Part shown: positions 27,307 to 36,545 of the stretch, in pieces
How positions within the stretch are numbered: the stretch's first letter is position 1
Layout: the number at the start of each line of letters is the position of its first letter
Assembly: GCA_041500125.1 (NCBI GenBank)
Contig: JBGQLP010000006.1
Coordinates: forward strand, 1,452-65,451
Direction: 5' to 3'
Source of the DNA: Gemmatimonadota bacterium
GTDB taxonomy: Bacteria; Gemmatimonadota; Gemmatimonadetes; Gemmatimonadales; GWC2-71-9
Length of the DNA stretch: 64,000 nucleotides
The notes under the pieces: generated by a model
Databases searched by the model: none
Told to the model about the DNA's origin: nothing
The model's input: the letters and a program-made list of their open reading frames with translations, nothing else
Translations under genes and position numbers: made by a program

Positions 27307-28330
27307 ACCGGGCCACCGCCGCGTCGACGATGCGCTGGATAAAATCCGTGTACTCCATGCCGGCTTTGGCGGCCGAGTTGGCCATGTCGTGCCCATAGCT
27401 TATGAAGGGGTTCGCGTTTGCTTCCAGGACCCACACCTGGCCGTCGGCAGCGAGCCGGAGGTCCAGTCTGCCATAGTCCCGCAGCCACAGAGCTCGATAC
27501 GCCGTGCGGCAGGTTTCCACGATGCGCTCTCGCACCGCCTTGGCTATGGGTCGCGCCAAGACGTTTCGGATCCCTCTTCTCTCCCGGTACGACTCGTCCC
27601 ACTTGGCGAATTGCGTAGCGATGCGCTCCTCGGGCTTGGACCTGCGCTTATCGAACACCATCTCCGTAATCGGGAGTACCTGGAGGGCGTCGTCATTCCC
27701 GATGATGCTGACATAGAGCTCCCGGCCGTCAACGAACTCCTCGGCAATGGCGCCTTGGCCAAATCGCTGATGAATGAAGGAGACCCGATCGGCCAGGGCG
27801 TCGACGTCCTGTACCACCGAGGCCTGGGATATTCCCGCGGAAGCATCGGCTTGCAGCGGCTTGACTATGAGTGGAAAGGCGAGGGCAGGTGGGCTGGTGA
27901 CCTCCTCGTGCAATCGGTAGCTGACGAATCCCGGCACCGGAACCCCAAAGTAGGCCAAGATTTTCTTGCTGATGGCCTTGTTGCGGGTCACCTGGAGTCC
28001 CAGCGGCGGCGCGCCAGTGTAGCGGTGCCCCTCCGCCTCCAGCAGGCCCGGCAGCAGATACTCCAACGACTCGTCGCCGCTGAACGCCTCCGCGCCATTG
28101 AAGACGAGGTCCGGACGCCATTCACTCAGATGGCGTACCAGGTACTCGAGGTCGTCCCTCACACCGAGGAGCCGTACCTCGTGTCCCCGTTCGCGCAGGG
28201 CATGGGCAATCTGGTATTCCATCTCGGGCTCGTTCGCCTTCCAGGCGGCAACCTCCAACTCCATTTGCCGCTCGTGGTCGGGATGATCCCAACCCGAGTA
28301 TGGAGTGTCAAAAACGACGGCGACGCGCAT
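27293..28330 (-). CDS. D-Ala-D-Ala-ligase-like ATP-grasp enzyme (non-canonical)
   Basis: YTGA...NKAISKKIL, PLIVKP, EEFVDGRE, GRLDLRL and EANANP; lacks the Ddl GGxSxEHxVS N-terminus. Confidence 0.88.
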   Translation of the reverse strand: MRVAVVFDTPYSGWDHPDHERQMELEVAAWKANEPEMEYQIAHALRERGHEVRLLGVRDDLEYLVRHLSEWRPDLVFNGAEAFSGDESLEYLLPGLLEAEGHRYTGAPPLGLQVTRNKAISKKILAYFGVPVPGFVSYRLHEEVTSPPALAFPLIVKPLQADASAGISQASVVQDVDALADRVSFIHQRFGQGAIAEEFVDGRELYVSIIGNDDALQVLPITEMVFDKRRSKPEERIATQFAKWDESYRERRGIRNVLARPIAKAVRERIVETCRTAYRALWLRDYGRLDLRLAADGQVWVLEANANPFISYGHDMANSAAKAGMEYTDFIQRIVDAAVARYERA

Positions 28331-28554
28331 AATCTGTATCAAAATCCCGGGTGCAGACACGTAATGCCAGGTCGCTGCTCATCTTGCGGCCCCAAAAAGG
28401 GCATCGCGAAATGCCCGGAAGATATCCCGGGTCAAAAGCTGCAAGTAGTTGTAATGCAACCGCATGGCCCATGGCTTACCGATTGCTCCTGTTTTCCAGC
28501 GTCTGGGCCCCCGTTTCCTGCTGGTAAACCCGCTGACTGGAATCGAGCCGCCGA

Positions 28555-30069
28555 ATGCGTCGACGTCTGTACCGGACGCTGGTACTCACCTCTCTGAGCG
28601 GCTTCATCCCCGCAAGCCACGCTGCTGCCCAGGAACTGACCTCCCATGAACTGGCAGGGGTGGATGATTGGTACCGGCGGACCCTGGGACGCACTGGAGA
28701 CGGTGAGTGGGGCGTGGCCATCGGCACCATGGATGGCCGAGTCTTGTGGAGCCTGAACCCCGAGCTGGAACTCATTCCGGCATCGACCGCCAAACTGTTC
28801 ACGGTCGGGTTCAGTCGCGCGCGCGCCGGTGGGGGAGCCAGAATCTCCACCCGGGTGATCGGCAGAGGCAGTCTCGATTCGGCGACTGGACGTTGGCAGG
28901 GGGGCTGGCAGCTCGAGCTTGGAGGCGATCCTACGCTGGATCGCCCCGGCCGCGCCGGACCCACGCTTCGAGAGCTGGCCCGCCAGCTTCGTGACCGGGG
29001 CGTGCGCACTCTCGAGGGTCCCCTGACGCTCACCAGCCGGACCGGACCGGCCGCCTCACGCTACCCAGCGGTATGGTCGGCGGAGTTTGCGGGACAGCTC
29101 TACGCGCCGCCGGTGGGGCCGGTCACACTGCATGAGAATACCATCTCCCTCACGTACCGCCCTGGTGCGGACGTCGGCTCGCCGCTCACCCTGGTCTCAG
29201 CCTATCCCGCTGGAGTCGAACGCCTGGTCCGGATGAGCGCCACCACGGTGGGCGGAAGCCGCCGGCGGCTGACCCTGACTCCTGAATCGGACGGCGGCTG
29301 GACTCTCGCCGGAAGCCTCGGCATCTCCTCCCGGGCCGTGGGGATCTCGGCCGTGGCCCATGAGCCCGTGAGCGTCCTCGCGTATGCCTGGGCGGCGGCG
29401 CTGGACCGCGCGGGCATTAAATGGATCAACCGAAATGCCCCGCCGCCGGCGTGGCCGGGGCTCCCGGCGGTCCTGGCCAAGGTGGAGTCCGCCCCCTTCG
29501 ACAGCGTCGCGGTCGAGATCAACCGGCGGAGCCTGAATATCGGCGCCGAGTTGGTGCTCCAATGGGCCGCGGCGAGCCAGACAGCGGGTCCGGCGATGCT
29601 CACACAGCACGTTCGGGAGGTCGTCGGTCCACGAGCCCAGGTGCGCCTGGTTGACGGCAGCGGACTGAGCGAGCTCGATCGGGTCAGCCCGCTGACCCAG
29701 ATGCTCTACCTCGCCCGCTATCCCCAGAGGCGCGGTGCCGAGCGCTTCCCGCTGTTGCTCCCGGCAAACGGAATTGGCACCCTGCGCAGTCTGCGGGGCG
29801 GCATGGCTAAGGGCGTGGTACATGCCAAGACCGGTACTCTCGACCACGTCGCCACTTTGGCCGGTTACCTGGGCCGTCCCGACGGAGTCCTGGTGCTCTC
29901 GCTGATGTACAACGGCCGGCGGATCCACGCAGCGCGAGCGGCCCAATGGGAGCTCTTCCGTTTGCTCGGCGCCGAAGGGGTCAATCTGAGCGGCGCGCTC
30001 GATACCCACATGGGTGGTAGCACCGACCTGGATGAGGAAGCGGCGGACTCAGCCACCGTCGATCGCTAG
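28555..30069 (+). CDS. dacB: D-Ala-D-Ala carboxypeptidase/endopeptidase (PBP4, peptidase S13)
   Basis: PASTAK (SxxK), SLN (SxN), DGSGLS, KTGTL; signal peptide. Confidence 0.88.
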   Translation: MRRRLYRTLVLTSLSGFIPASHAAAQELTSHELAGVDDWYRRTLGRTGDGEWGVAIGTMDGRVLWSLNPELELIPASTAKLFTVGFSRARAGGGARISTRVIGRGSLDSATGRWQGGWQLELGGDPTLDRPGRAGPTLRELARQLRDRGVRTLEGPLTLTSRTGPAASRYPAVWSAEFAGQLYAPPVGPVTLHENTISLTYRPGADVGSPLTLVSAYPAGVERLVRMSATTVGGSRRRLTLTPESDGGWTLAGSLGISSRAVGISAVAHEPVSVLAYAWAAALDRAGIKWINRNAPPPAWPGLPAVLAKVESAPFDSVAVEINRRSLNIGAELVLQWAAASQTAGPAMLTQHVREVVGPRAQVRLVDGSGLSELDRVSPLTQMLYLARYPQRRGAERFPLLLPANGIGTLRSLRGGMAKGVVHAKTGTLDHVATLAGYLGRPDGVLVLSLMYNGRRIHAARAAQWELFRLLGAEGVNLSGALDTHMGGSTDLDEEAADSATVDR

Positions 30070-31539
30070 CTCTCGCAGCCTCTGGAGCAGGCGCACCATA
30101 GCCCAGGTGTCCTGCTTGCAGTAGGCGAGCAGTGACTCCCGGATGACGCTTCGCTCCTGTGGGTCCATCGGCTCCCCGAATAGCAACTGCACCAGCTCCC
30201 TGCTCGCCGCCCGACCTTCCGCCACCTCCATCCCGCTGTACCCCATCGCAGGCACCAGAGCAGGCAACACCTGCTTCAAGCTGAAGCCTCCATCAAAGGA
30301 CGGATGGTACACATGGTCTCTCACGACGGGGAGCAGATCGACCAGCCGGCGCTCGACGTCGGTCAACTCCGGCGCAAGCTGCGGCAAGGCCTCGGCGAGA
30401 CGCCGAAGACAGTCGGCTTCAAAGCCGGCGTTATAGCTGACGATGGTGCGGGCACCAGCGCAGGCCTCGACCAGGAAACGGGTGAATTCCAAGCGAGGAT
30501 CACCAGGTCCTTCTGCGAGCCACTCGATGTGACGATGACCGATACCATCTTCCAGGTGGCAGCTGAGCTGAACCGGAACCGGGCAGTAGGGACCGCAGCC
30601 GGCCCAACGCGGAATCGCTGGCGACACCGTCTCGAAGTCCAGAAACGCGAGCGGGCCAACGAAGGCGGCAAGGGCTGAGGCCAGGTCGGCTTCAACCTGC
30701 ATCCGCCCGGTCCGAACTGCAGCCACCTGCCGGGTGGCGACCGTGTTCAAGGGCAGATCCTCGGGCAGGTCCATGATGGAGCGCCATCCCTTCGCTGCCC
30801 ATTCCTTCAGCTTCGCTCCTGCCCGGTACATGGTGCTGAGGTCGTAGGGAGGCGATGGGGTCCAGCAGCGATCCCAGAAGGGGCATCGTTCGGGGGACGA
30901 GCAGTGGTCGCCGGTGCTCTTCTCGGGCAGTGGTCCATGAAGCATGGAGAGCTGCGCCCTGGCCTCGGCGGCAATCCCGTGCTCCAGCGCCACCACCCGC
31001 TCGGTGACATTCTCCCGCAGGAACAGATTGGAAAGGTCCGGAAACCGGCACTCACGATTCAGGTGCATGATCTCAACCCGCCGGAGACCCACCCCACTGC
31101 GGCGAAGCACGTGTGCCTGGATGGCCGCATCGAACAGTTGTTTCTCCTTTACATCCAGGCTCGAAATGACATCGATCAGGGTCCACCCGTCGCTGCCGCG
31201 CTCCAGGATGTCTACCTGGACGACGATGCCGTCGCGCGCAAAGGTGCCGTCGTAAAGGACGGCCACCCCGCTCGCCATCGCTGCGCCGGTCGCGTCGACT
31301 CGCCCAGCCGTGGCCTGGTGCCGGAAACTGATCAGCTGTCCCCCGGGCACGTAATCCCGAGCCAGGATCCCAACCTGCCGGCCCCCCTGCATGACGGCGC
31401 GGACATTCTGGTCGGGTATCAGCTCTCCGGCCTCCGGATCATGAACCCGCCACCACAGCTGCTTGTGACACTGCACGCCGGCGAGAAACTCGCGCTTGGT
31501 GAGAGAACGCGGCCCGGGTGTTGCTGTAGGATGCGCCAC
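30049..31539 (-). CDS. DUF2779-domain protein (RecB/Cas4-like N-domain plus RNase H-like exonuclease domain)
   Basis: LTKREFLAGVQCHKQLW; C-x5-C-x5-C; LDFET, YNAGFE, FSLKQVLP and YCKQDT. Confidence 0.85.
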   Translation of the reverse strand: MAHPTATPGPRSLTKREFLAGVQCHKQLWWRVHDPEAGELIPDQNVRAVMQGGRQVGILARDYVPGGQLISFRHQATAGRVDATGAAMASGVAVLYDGTFARDGIVVQVDILERGSDGWTLIDVISSLDVKEKQLFDAAIQAHVLRRSGVGLRRVEIMHLNRECRFPDLSNLFLRENVTERVVALEHGIAAEARAQLSMLHGPLPEKSTGDHCSSPERCPFWDRCWTPSPPYDLSTMYRAGAKLKEWAAKGWRSIMDLPEDLPLNTVATRQVAAVRTGRMQVEADLASALAAFVGPLAFLDFETVSPAIPRWAGCGPYCPVPVQLSCHLEDGIGHRHIEWLAEGPGDPRLEFTRFLVEACAGARTIVSYNAGFEADCLRRLAEALPQLAPELTDVERRLVDLLPVVRDHVYHPSFDGGFSLKQVLPALVPAMGYSGMEVAEGRAASRELVQLLFGEPMDPQERSVIRESLLAYCKQDTWAMVRLLQRLRELAIDGG

Positions 31540-31626
31540 GATCTACGACCCCTGGTGCAGTGGTCTTGAAGCCCCCATTATCTCTGGCCTCCTGCGGTGT
31601 GGGCTCAGCATATACTCGGAGTAAGT

Positions 31627-31887
31627 ATGGATTCGACGGCCCGCCAGGCCCGATTGAAGCCGGAATTCGCTGAGCTTTATCCCCCCCTGACCCCCGACGT
31701 CTGGGAGCCGGCTGCCGAAATCGGCGCCCGCGTGTTGCTCTGGCAGCTGCAGCAGCAGGGAACCGCGGCCTTGGGGAGCCGGCTCCTGGACACGCGGCAC
31801 TTCGAGTTTCGAGGCGGCTGGAGCCGTGGGGTGGAAACCGACTTGCGGACCCGGGTCAGCGATCCGGCCTTCAACGGGCCGGTGTGA
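31627..31887 (+). CDS. Small hypothetical protein
   Basis: GGAG RBS; ARLKPEFAELYPPL...HFEFRGG; occupies the gap between DUF2779 and the phospholipase D gene. Confidence 0.65.
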   Translation: MDSTARQARLKPEFAELYPPLTPDVWEPAAEIGARVLLWQLQQQGTAALGSRLLDTRHFEFRGGWSRGVETDLRTRVSDPAFNGPV

Positions 31888-31909
31888 AGGCAGCAGCGAA
31901 TAGCCTTCT

Positions 31910-33211
31910 TCAATACTGCTCGATCAAGGCCTTGGCGCAGCTCTCCAGCCCGCGCTGAAAGATCGAGCGTTTTCGCCATTCTTCCAGCTGGATCTCCCGT
32001 GAACGCGCGAGATCCGCAATGACTCCTTCCTCGATCGATCGGGCAAAGTCCGGGTCTCCAATCCCCAGGACATTCTCCTCGTTCAGCTCCATGCTCCGCT
32101 CGTCCAGATTGGCCGACCCGACAATCGACCAGACCCCGTCTATGACGGCGGTCTTGGCGTGCATCATGGAGGGCTGGTATTCGAAGATCCGTACGCCGGC
32201 CGCCAACAGCTCCTCATAATAGCTTCGACCCGCCGCCTGGACCGGCACGGCATCGGTATGGTTTCCGGGAACCAGGACTCTCACGTCGACCCCAGCTCGG
32301 GCCCGATCGACCACCGCATCGCGGAGCCGTTGATCGGGTATGAAATAGGAATTGCAGATCCAGAGACGGCGGCGGGCGTTGATGAAGCTGACCCAGAAGA
32401 GAAGCCGGATAGGTTGTAAGGCGTCCGAGGGAGAGCTGACCACGGACAGGGCACAAGGCCCCGACCCCCGTTCAACCGGGGGAAAGAATCGGGGGCCGGC
32501 GATGACCTCGCCGGTGCAGTAGACCCAGTTGGTGGCGAACGCAGACTGGATTCCGGCGACCATGGGACCGGTCACCCGGGTCATGCTGTCGCGCCACTCG
32601 TGGGGGTTGGTGACGTTGCCTTTCCATTTCTTCGAGACGGCGGCACCGCCGGTGAAGCCGACCTTGCCGTCGATGACGATGGCTCGCCGGTGCGACCGCC
32701 GGTAGAACCGCACCAGATTGCGCAGGCTCGGGGGGCGAAACCGGCTGACGGTCACCCCAGCCTGACGCAGTTCCTCCCGATAGCGCTTCTTCAACTTCGC
32801 GGCGCCAAAGCCGTCCAGCAGCAAACGGACTTCCACTCCCGCGCGAGCCCGCTCCTTGAAGGCATCGATGAACTGGCGGCCGATTTCGTCCGGCTCGAAG
32901 ATGTAGACGTCGAAATTGACCGAATCCTCCGCTTCTCGGATTGCCTTCAGCATTGCGGAATAGAAGGCCTCGCCGTTCTGAAGCAGGGTGACCTTGCCAC
33001 CCTGGAAGATCGGACTGTTCAGGAAGGACGAGGTCCACTCGACGAACTCAGTCGACCCCGGATCGGCTTTGAAGCCGACGGAGAAATCGTCGCTGGGCCA
33101 GTCGGGCAGGAAGAGAGCTCCGATAACCGACACGATGGCGATCACGCCGGTTACCATGAGGGTCCAGCCCCACCAGGGCAGATCGGTCCCGAAGCCCAGC
33201 AATTCGCTCAC
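31910..33211 (-). CDS. cls: Cardiolipin synthase / phospholipase D
   Basis: RSHRRAIVIDG (HKD variant, K to R), WRDS, NSYFIPD and MHAKTAVIDG...GSANLD; N-terminal TM. Confidence 0.88.
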   Translation of the reverse strand: MSELLGFGTDLPWWGWTLMVTGVIAIVSVIGALFLPDWPSDDFSVGFKADPGSTEFVEWTSSFLNSPIFQGGKVTLLQNGEAFYSAMLKAIREAEDSVNFDVYIFEPDEIGRQFIDAFKERARAGVEVRLLLDGFGAAKLKKRYREELRQAGVTVSRFRPPSLRNLVRFYRRSHRRAIVIDGKVGFTGGAAVSKKWKGNVTNPHEWRDSMTRVTGPMVAGIQSAFATNWVYCTGEVIAGPRFFPPVERGSGPCALSVVSSPSDALQPIRLLFWVSFINARRRLWICNSYFIPDQRLRDAVVDRARAGVDVRVLVPGNHTDAVPVQAAGRSYYEELLAAGVRIFEYQPSMMHAKTAVIDGVWSIVGSANLDERSMELNEENVLGIGDPDFARSIEEGVIADLARSREIQLEEWRKRSIFQRGLESCAKALIEQY

Positions 33212-34194
33212 TGAGTGTCTCCATCGAGGGGAGATAGTTCGATCCGAGCGAGCAGCGGGTGATGGTCGGAGCCAAAGACCCGCGGCCCCCGATCCCGGGG
33301 ATGCTCGTCCAGCCGGTGGACCCGGGCCTTGCCAATGACGCGCGTGCGGTCGCGGACGAGAAGATAGTCGAGCACCAGACGAGGCAAGGCGTGAAAGGTG
33401 TGCCGCCAGGCCGGTGCGGACGGCGGCACCCCGAGGGTGAAGCCGGCTTGGCCCAGAAGCTTCCAGGCCCGTTCGTACCGGCCGCGTCCCAGGTTCAGGT
33501 CTGCGCCGAGGATCACAGTGTCATCGGGTATGGAGGTAAGAAGATGCCGGGTCTGAAGGGCGCGACCGGTCGCACCCAGCCAGCGGTGCCCGGGCGGACC
33601 TCGCGGGTCCAGATGAGCGCTCACCAAGCGGACCTTCCGGCCCCCCAGCGTAATGACTGCCGAGACGGCGACTCGGCGCTGGAGTACCAGCGGCAGCTCG
33701 GTGGCATGGGCCTCCTCCAGCGGCAAGGTCGAGAGGATGGCGTTCCCCCGGTCGCTTTGCAGTGCACCGTTTCTCATGGATGGGGCGTACCGGAGGGCGA
33801 GACCCAGCCCCTGGGCTGTCTCGACTACATCTTCCTGGGCCTTCAGCTGCGCCACCAGCACCCGGCCGGCCCGACCCGCTGAAATCGGAGGGACCGTGGA
33901 GTCGCTGCGGTAGGCCTCTTGAATGAGGACGACGAGGGGTGACTCGGGATCGGCGCCCTGCTCGGCAAAGTCACCTTCTCGGATACGGGAGATGACTTCC
34001 CGCAGCCTTCCCCGGCCGATCCAGACGTTCCAGCTCAAGACCACCAGGCTGCGGTGAGGCGCACGCTCTGATGCCGCAGTCGGCCGGACCAGATCGAGGG
34101 CGACGGGGGTGCCGACGTTACGCCGCCACCGCTCGAGCCGGAGCCGCTCATCATCGTGGTGAGGAGTGAGTCGGAAGTCGGCTGGACTGGCCAA
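33208..34194 (-). CDS. Endonuclease/exonuclease/phosphatase (EEP) family protein
   Basis: LSWNV, LIQE, GNAILS, SAHLD, GADLN, LDY and SDHHP. Confidence 0.88.
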   Translation of the reverse strand: MASPADFRLTPHHDDERLRLERWRRNVGTPVALDLVRPTAASERAPHRSLVVLSWNVWIGRGRLREVISRIREGDFAEQGADPESPLVVLIQEAYRSDSTVPPISAGRAGRVLVAQLKAQEDVVETAQGLGLALRYAPSMRNGALQSDRGNAILSTLPLEEAHATELPLVLQRRVAVSAVITLGGRKVRLVSAHLDPRGPPGHRWLGATGRALQTRHLLTSIPDDTVILGADLNLGRGRYERAWKLLGQAGFTLGVPPSAPAWRHTFHALPRLVLDYLLVRDRTRVIGKARVHRLDEHPRDRGPRVFGSDHHPLLARIELSPLDGDTQ

Positions 34195-34197
34195 TCG

Positions 34198-34569
34198 CTA
34201 CCGCGCCACCTTGATCTGGTTGTAGACCTCGCGCACGCCGGAGACTGAAGTAACCAGGTCCTCAGTCAGCCAGCGGGCGTCCCGACTCTCGACCGTCCCG
34301 CTGAGCGTGACCTCGCCACCCTCGACGTGCACCTCCACTTCACTGGCGTCCAGATCCGCATTGTTGCTGAGCAGATCCCAGATCTCTTCCCGGATCTTGT
34401 CATCGGACCGCCGCTGAAAGCGAGGGCCGGTGCCTGGCTGAGAGCTTCCCGGCGTGCGCCGCTCGAGCCTGCCCGGGCCTTCACCCCAGCCTTTGCCGCC
34501 CGCAGGCTCCAGCCCGCCTTGCCCACTCGCCCCCGATGGGCCACCAGGGCCTTTCCTCCGCATCACCAC
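34198..34569 (-). CDS. BON-domain protein
   Basis: RSDDKIREEI...VEVHVEGGEVTLSGTV...VSGVREVYNQI. Confidence 0.88.
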   Translation of the reverse strand: MVMRRKGPGGPSGASGQGGLEPAGGKGWGEGPGRLERRTPGSSQPGTGPRFQRRSDDKIREEIWDLLSNNADLDASEVEVHVEGGEVTLSGTVESRDARWLTEDLVTSVSGVREVYNQIKVAR

Positions 34570-34776
34570 CGCGGTTCCTCACCTTCTCCTGGAGAGAAGC
34601 TGCGCCGTGCTGCTACCAGGCCGGTCTCCCGCGAAGGTAGAGGCTGCGGCCGAGCAGCAGATGTGACTCGGGTCACCCCACCCCGAGCGGGTCTTGGGCC
34701 CTGGTGTATTTTCCTGCTTTGCCGGCGCGAATCAAGCCCGGCTTCCTATCCGCCAGCTACCCGGAGCTCCGACCCA

Positions 34777-35334
34777 ATGAAGGCAACCGACATCCGCCGC
34801 GGCCACGTGATCTTCTTCGAGGGCCAGCCCTGCCGGGTCATGGAGTTCACCCACCGGACTCCCGGCAACCTCCGCGCCTTCGTCCAGGCACGAATGCGCA
34901 ATCTGAACAGCGGATCAACCTTCGAGCACCGATTCAGCGCGACGGAGTTCGTGGAGGAGGCCCGTCTCGACACCAAGCAACTTCAGGTGCTTTATCGCGA
35001 CGCCAACGGGGTCCATGTTATGGATGGAGAAACCTACGATCAGTATACCCTCGATTCCGAGATCGTCGGAGACCAGGGACAATGGCTGGAGCCGGGAATG
35101 AACTTCCAGACCGAGTGGCTCAATGGCCGGCCCATCGCCATCGAGTTGCCCGCCGTGGCGGAGCTGGAGGTCGTGGAGACCGCGCCCGTCATGAAGACCG
35201 CTACCAAGACGGCCAGCACCAAGCCGGCAAAGCTGAGCAACGGGGTGATGATCCAGGTCCCTGAGTTCATCAGCGAAGGCGAGCGGGTGCGGGTGAACCC
35301 CCGCGATGGCGTATACCTCGAGCGAGCCAAATAG
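34777..35334 (+). CDS. efp: Translation elongation factor P (Asn at the conserved tip)
   Basis: DIRRGHVI, HRTPGNLRAFVQ, ELEVVETAP, TKPAKLSNG, VPEFISEGERVRVN and YLERA. Confidence 0.92.
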   Translation: MKATDIRRGHVIFFEGQPCRVMEFTHRTPGNLRAFVQARMRNLNSGSTFEHRFSATEFVEEARLDTKQLQVLYRDANGVHVMDGETYDQYTLDSEIVGDQGQWLEPGMNFQTEWLNGRPIAIELPAVAELEVVETAPVMKTATKTASTKPAKLSNGVMIQVPEFISEGERVRVNPRDGVYLERAK

Positions 35335-35390
35335 CGTCTCCACTCTCCGGATCGCGGATACCAAAGGGGCCAGGTTTCCTCCGGCTGGCC

Positions 35391-35966
35391 ATGGCCGGCG
35401 AAGCCGGACTTCTCCTCCTGGCCTGGGCCCTGGCCCGTTGGGCGGGCATCTCGCCGCTGGAGGAAATCCGGCCCAGCATACACGCGTTCCTCTGGGGCGT
35501 GGCAGCCTCCCTGCCACTCGGCCTCGGCCTCGCCTGGATGCTCACCACCGGCTGGTCCCCCATTCGCCGTCTGGTTGCGCTGGTCACCGAGCAGATCGGC
35601 CCTGCAACGGCGGGGTGTTCGGTGGCCGAGTTGGCGCTTCTGGCGCTGGCTGCTGGAGTGAGCGAAGAGATCCTCTTTCGCGGTGTGGTGCAGACAGGAC
35701 TGGCTCGTGCGGTTCCCGTCTGGCTGGCGCTCATGGCTGCAAGCGCGGCGTTCGGCCTGGTCCACTTTGCCAGTCGGGCCTACGCAGCCGTGGCCGGAAT
35801 TATGGGCGTCTATCTGGGAACTCTGTTCCTCGTCCAGGGGAGCTTGCTGGCTCCCATCGTCACCCACACCTTGTACGACTTCGTGGCCCTGGTGTACCTC
35901 GCCCGCCGGCCCGGCGGCATGAACCTCTCGTTGTCGATCGCAACCCATCTCCCCTCGCGGGACTAG
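35391..35966 (+). CDS. CPBP family intramembrane glutamic endopeptidase
   Basis: EEILFRG, FGLVH and HTLYD; multi-TM. Confidence 0.88.
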   Translation: MAGEAGLLLLAWALARWAGISPLEEIRPSIHAFLWGVAASLPLGLGLAWMLTTGWSPIRRLVALVTEQIGPATAGCSVAELALLALAAGVSEEILFRGVVQTGLARAVPVWLALMAASAAFGLVHFASRAYAAVAGIMGVYLGTLFLVQGSLLAPIVTHTLYDFVALVYLARRPGGMNLSLSIATHLPSRD

Positions 35967-35975
35967 ATTCGCTCT

Positions 35976-36542
35976 ATGGATGCCATCACCGCCATTACCC
36001 AGCGAACCTCGGTGCGACGGTTTCGTCCCGACCCCGTCCCCCGCGAGATCGTGCAGCGGCTGCTTGATTGTGCGGTACGCGCCCCCAATCACAAGCTGAC
36101 CGAACCCTGGCGTTTCAGCGTGATGACCGGCGGAGCCAGAGACCGGTTCGCGGACATCCGCGCTGGGCACCGGCTCAAGCGCTTTGCCGATCCTTCCAGC
36201 GCCGAGGCCCTGGCCGCCGCGGACAAGGTGCGGCAGGAGTCGCGGGCAACGCCGGCCTATGTTGCTGTGATGGGAGCGCAGAACCCGGATGAGATCACCC
36301 GGGAGGAGGACTACGCCGCGACCATGATGGCGATCGCCAACTTCATGATCGCGGCTCAGTCGCTCGGTCTGGGAACCTATCTCAAGACCGGCGGAGTGAT
36401 GCGCGATCCAGGTCTGCTGAAGCTGGCCCGGGTTCCCGAGAACTTCCGGGTAGTCGGGATCATCTCGTTGGGCTACCCGGCCGAGGACGAGCCACCGCGG
36501 CGGCGGAAATCGGCGGCAGACCTCACTCAGTGGGTCGAGTAG
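35976..36542 (+). CDS. Nitroreductase family protein
   Basis: QRTSVRRF, APNHKLTEPWRF, AQSLGLGT and SLGYP. Confidence 0.92.
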   Translation: MDAITAITQRTSVRRFRPDPVPREIVQRLLDCAVRAPNHKLTEPWRFSVMTGGARDRFADIRAGHRLKRFADPSSAEALAAADKVRQESRATPAYVAVMGAQNPDEITREEDYAATMMAIANFMIAAQSLGLGTYLKTGGVMRDPGLLKLARVPENFRVVGIISLGYPAEDEPPRRRKSAADLTQWVE

Positions 36543-36545
36543 CCC

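Noticed and set aside
30049-31539. Cas4-like Cys pattern and the CPBP/Abi-named protease (35391-35966) as CRISPR or defence genes
   Set aside because: No repeat-spacer array, cas1 or cas2 in the window; both fit ordinary families.
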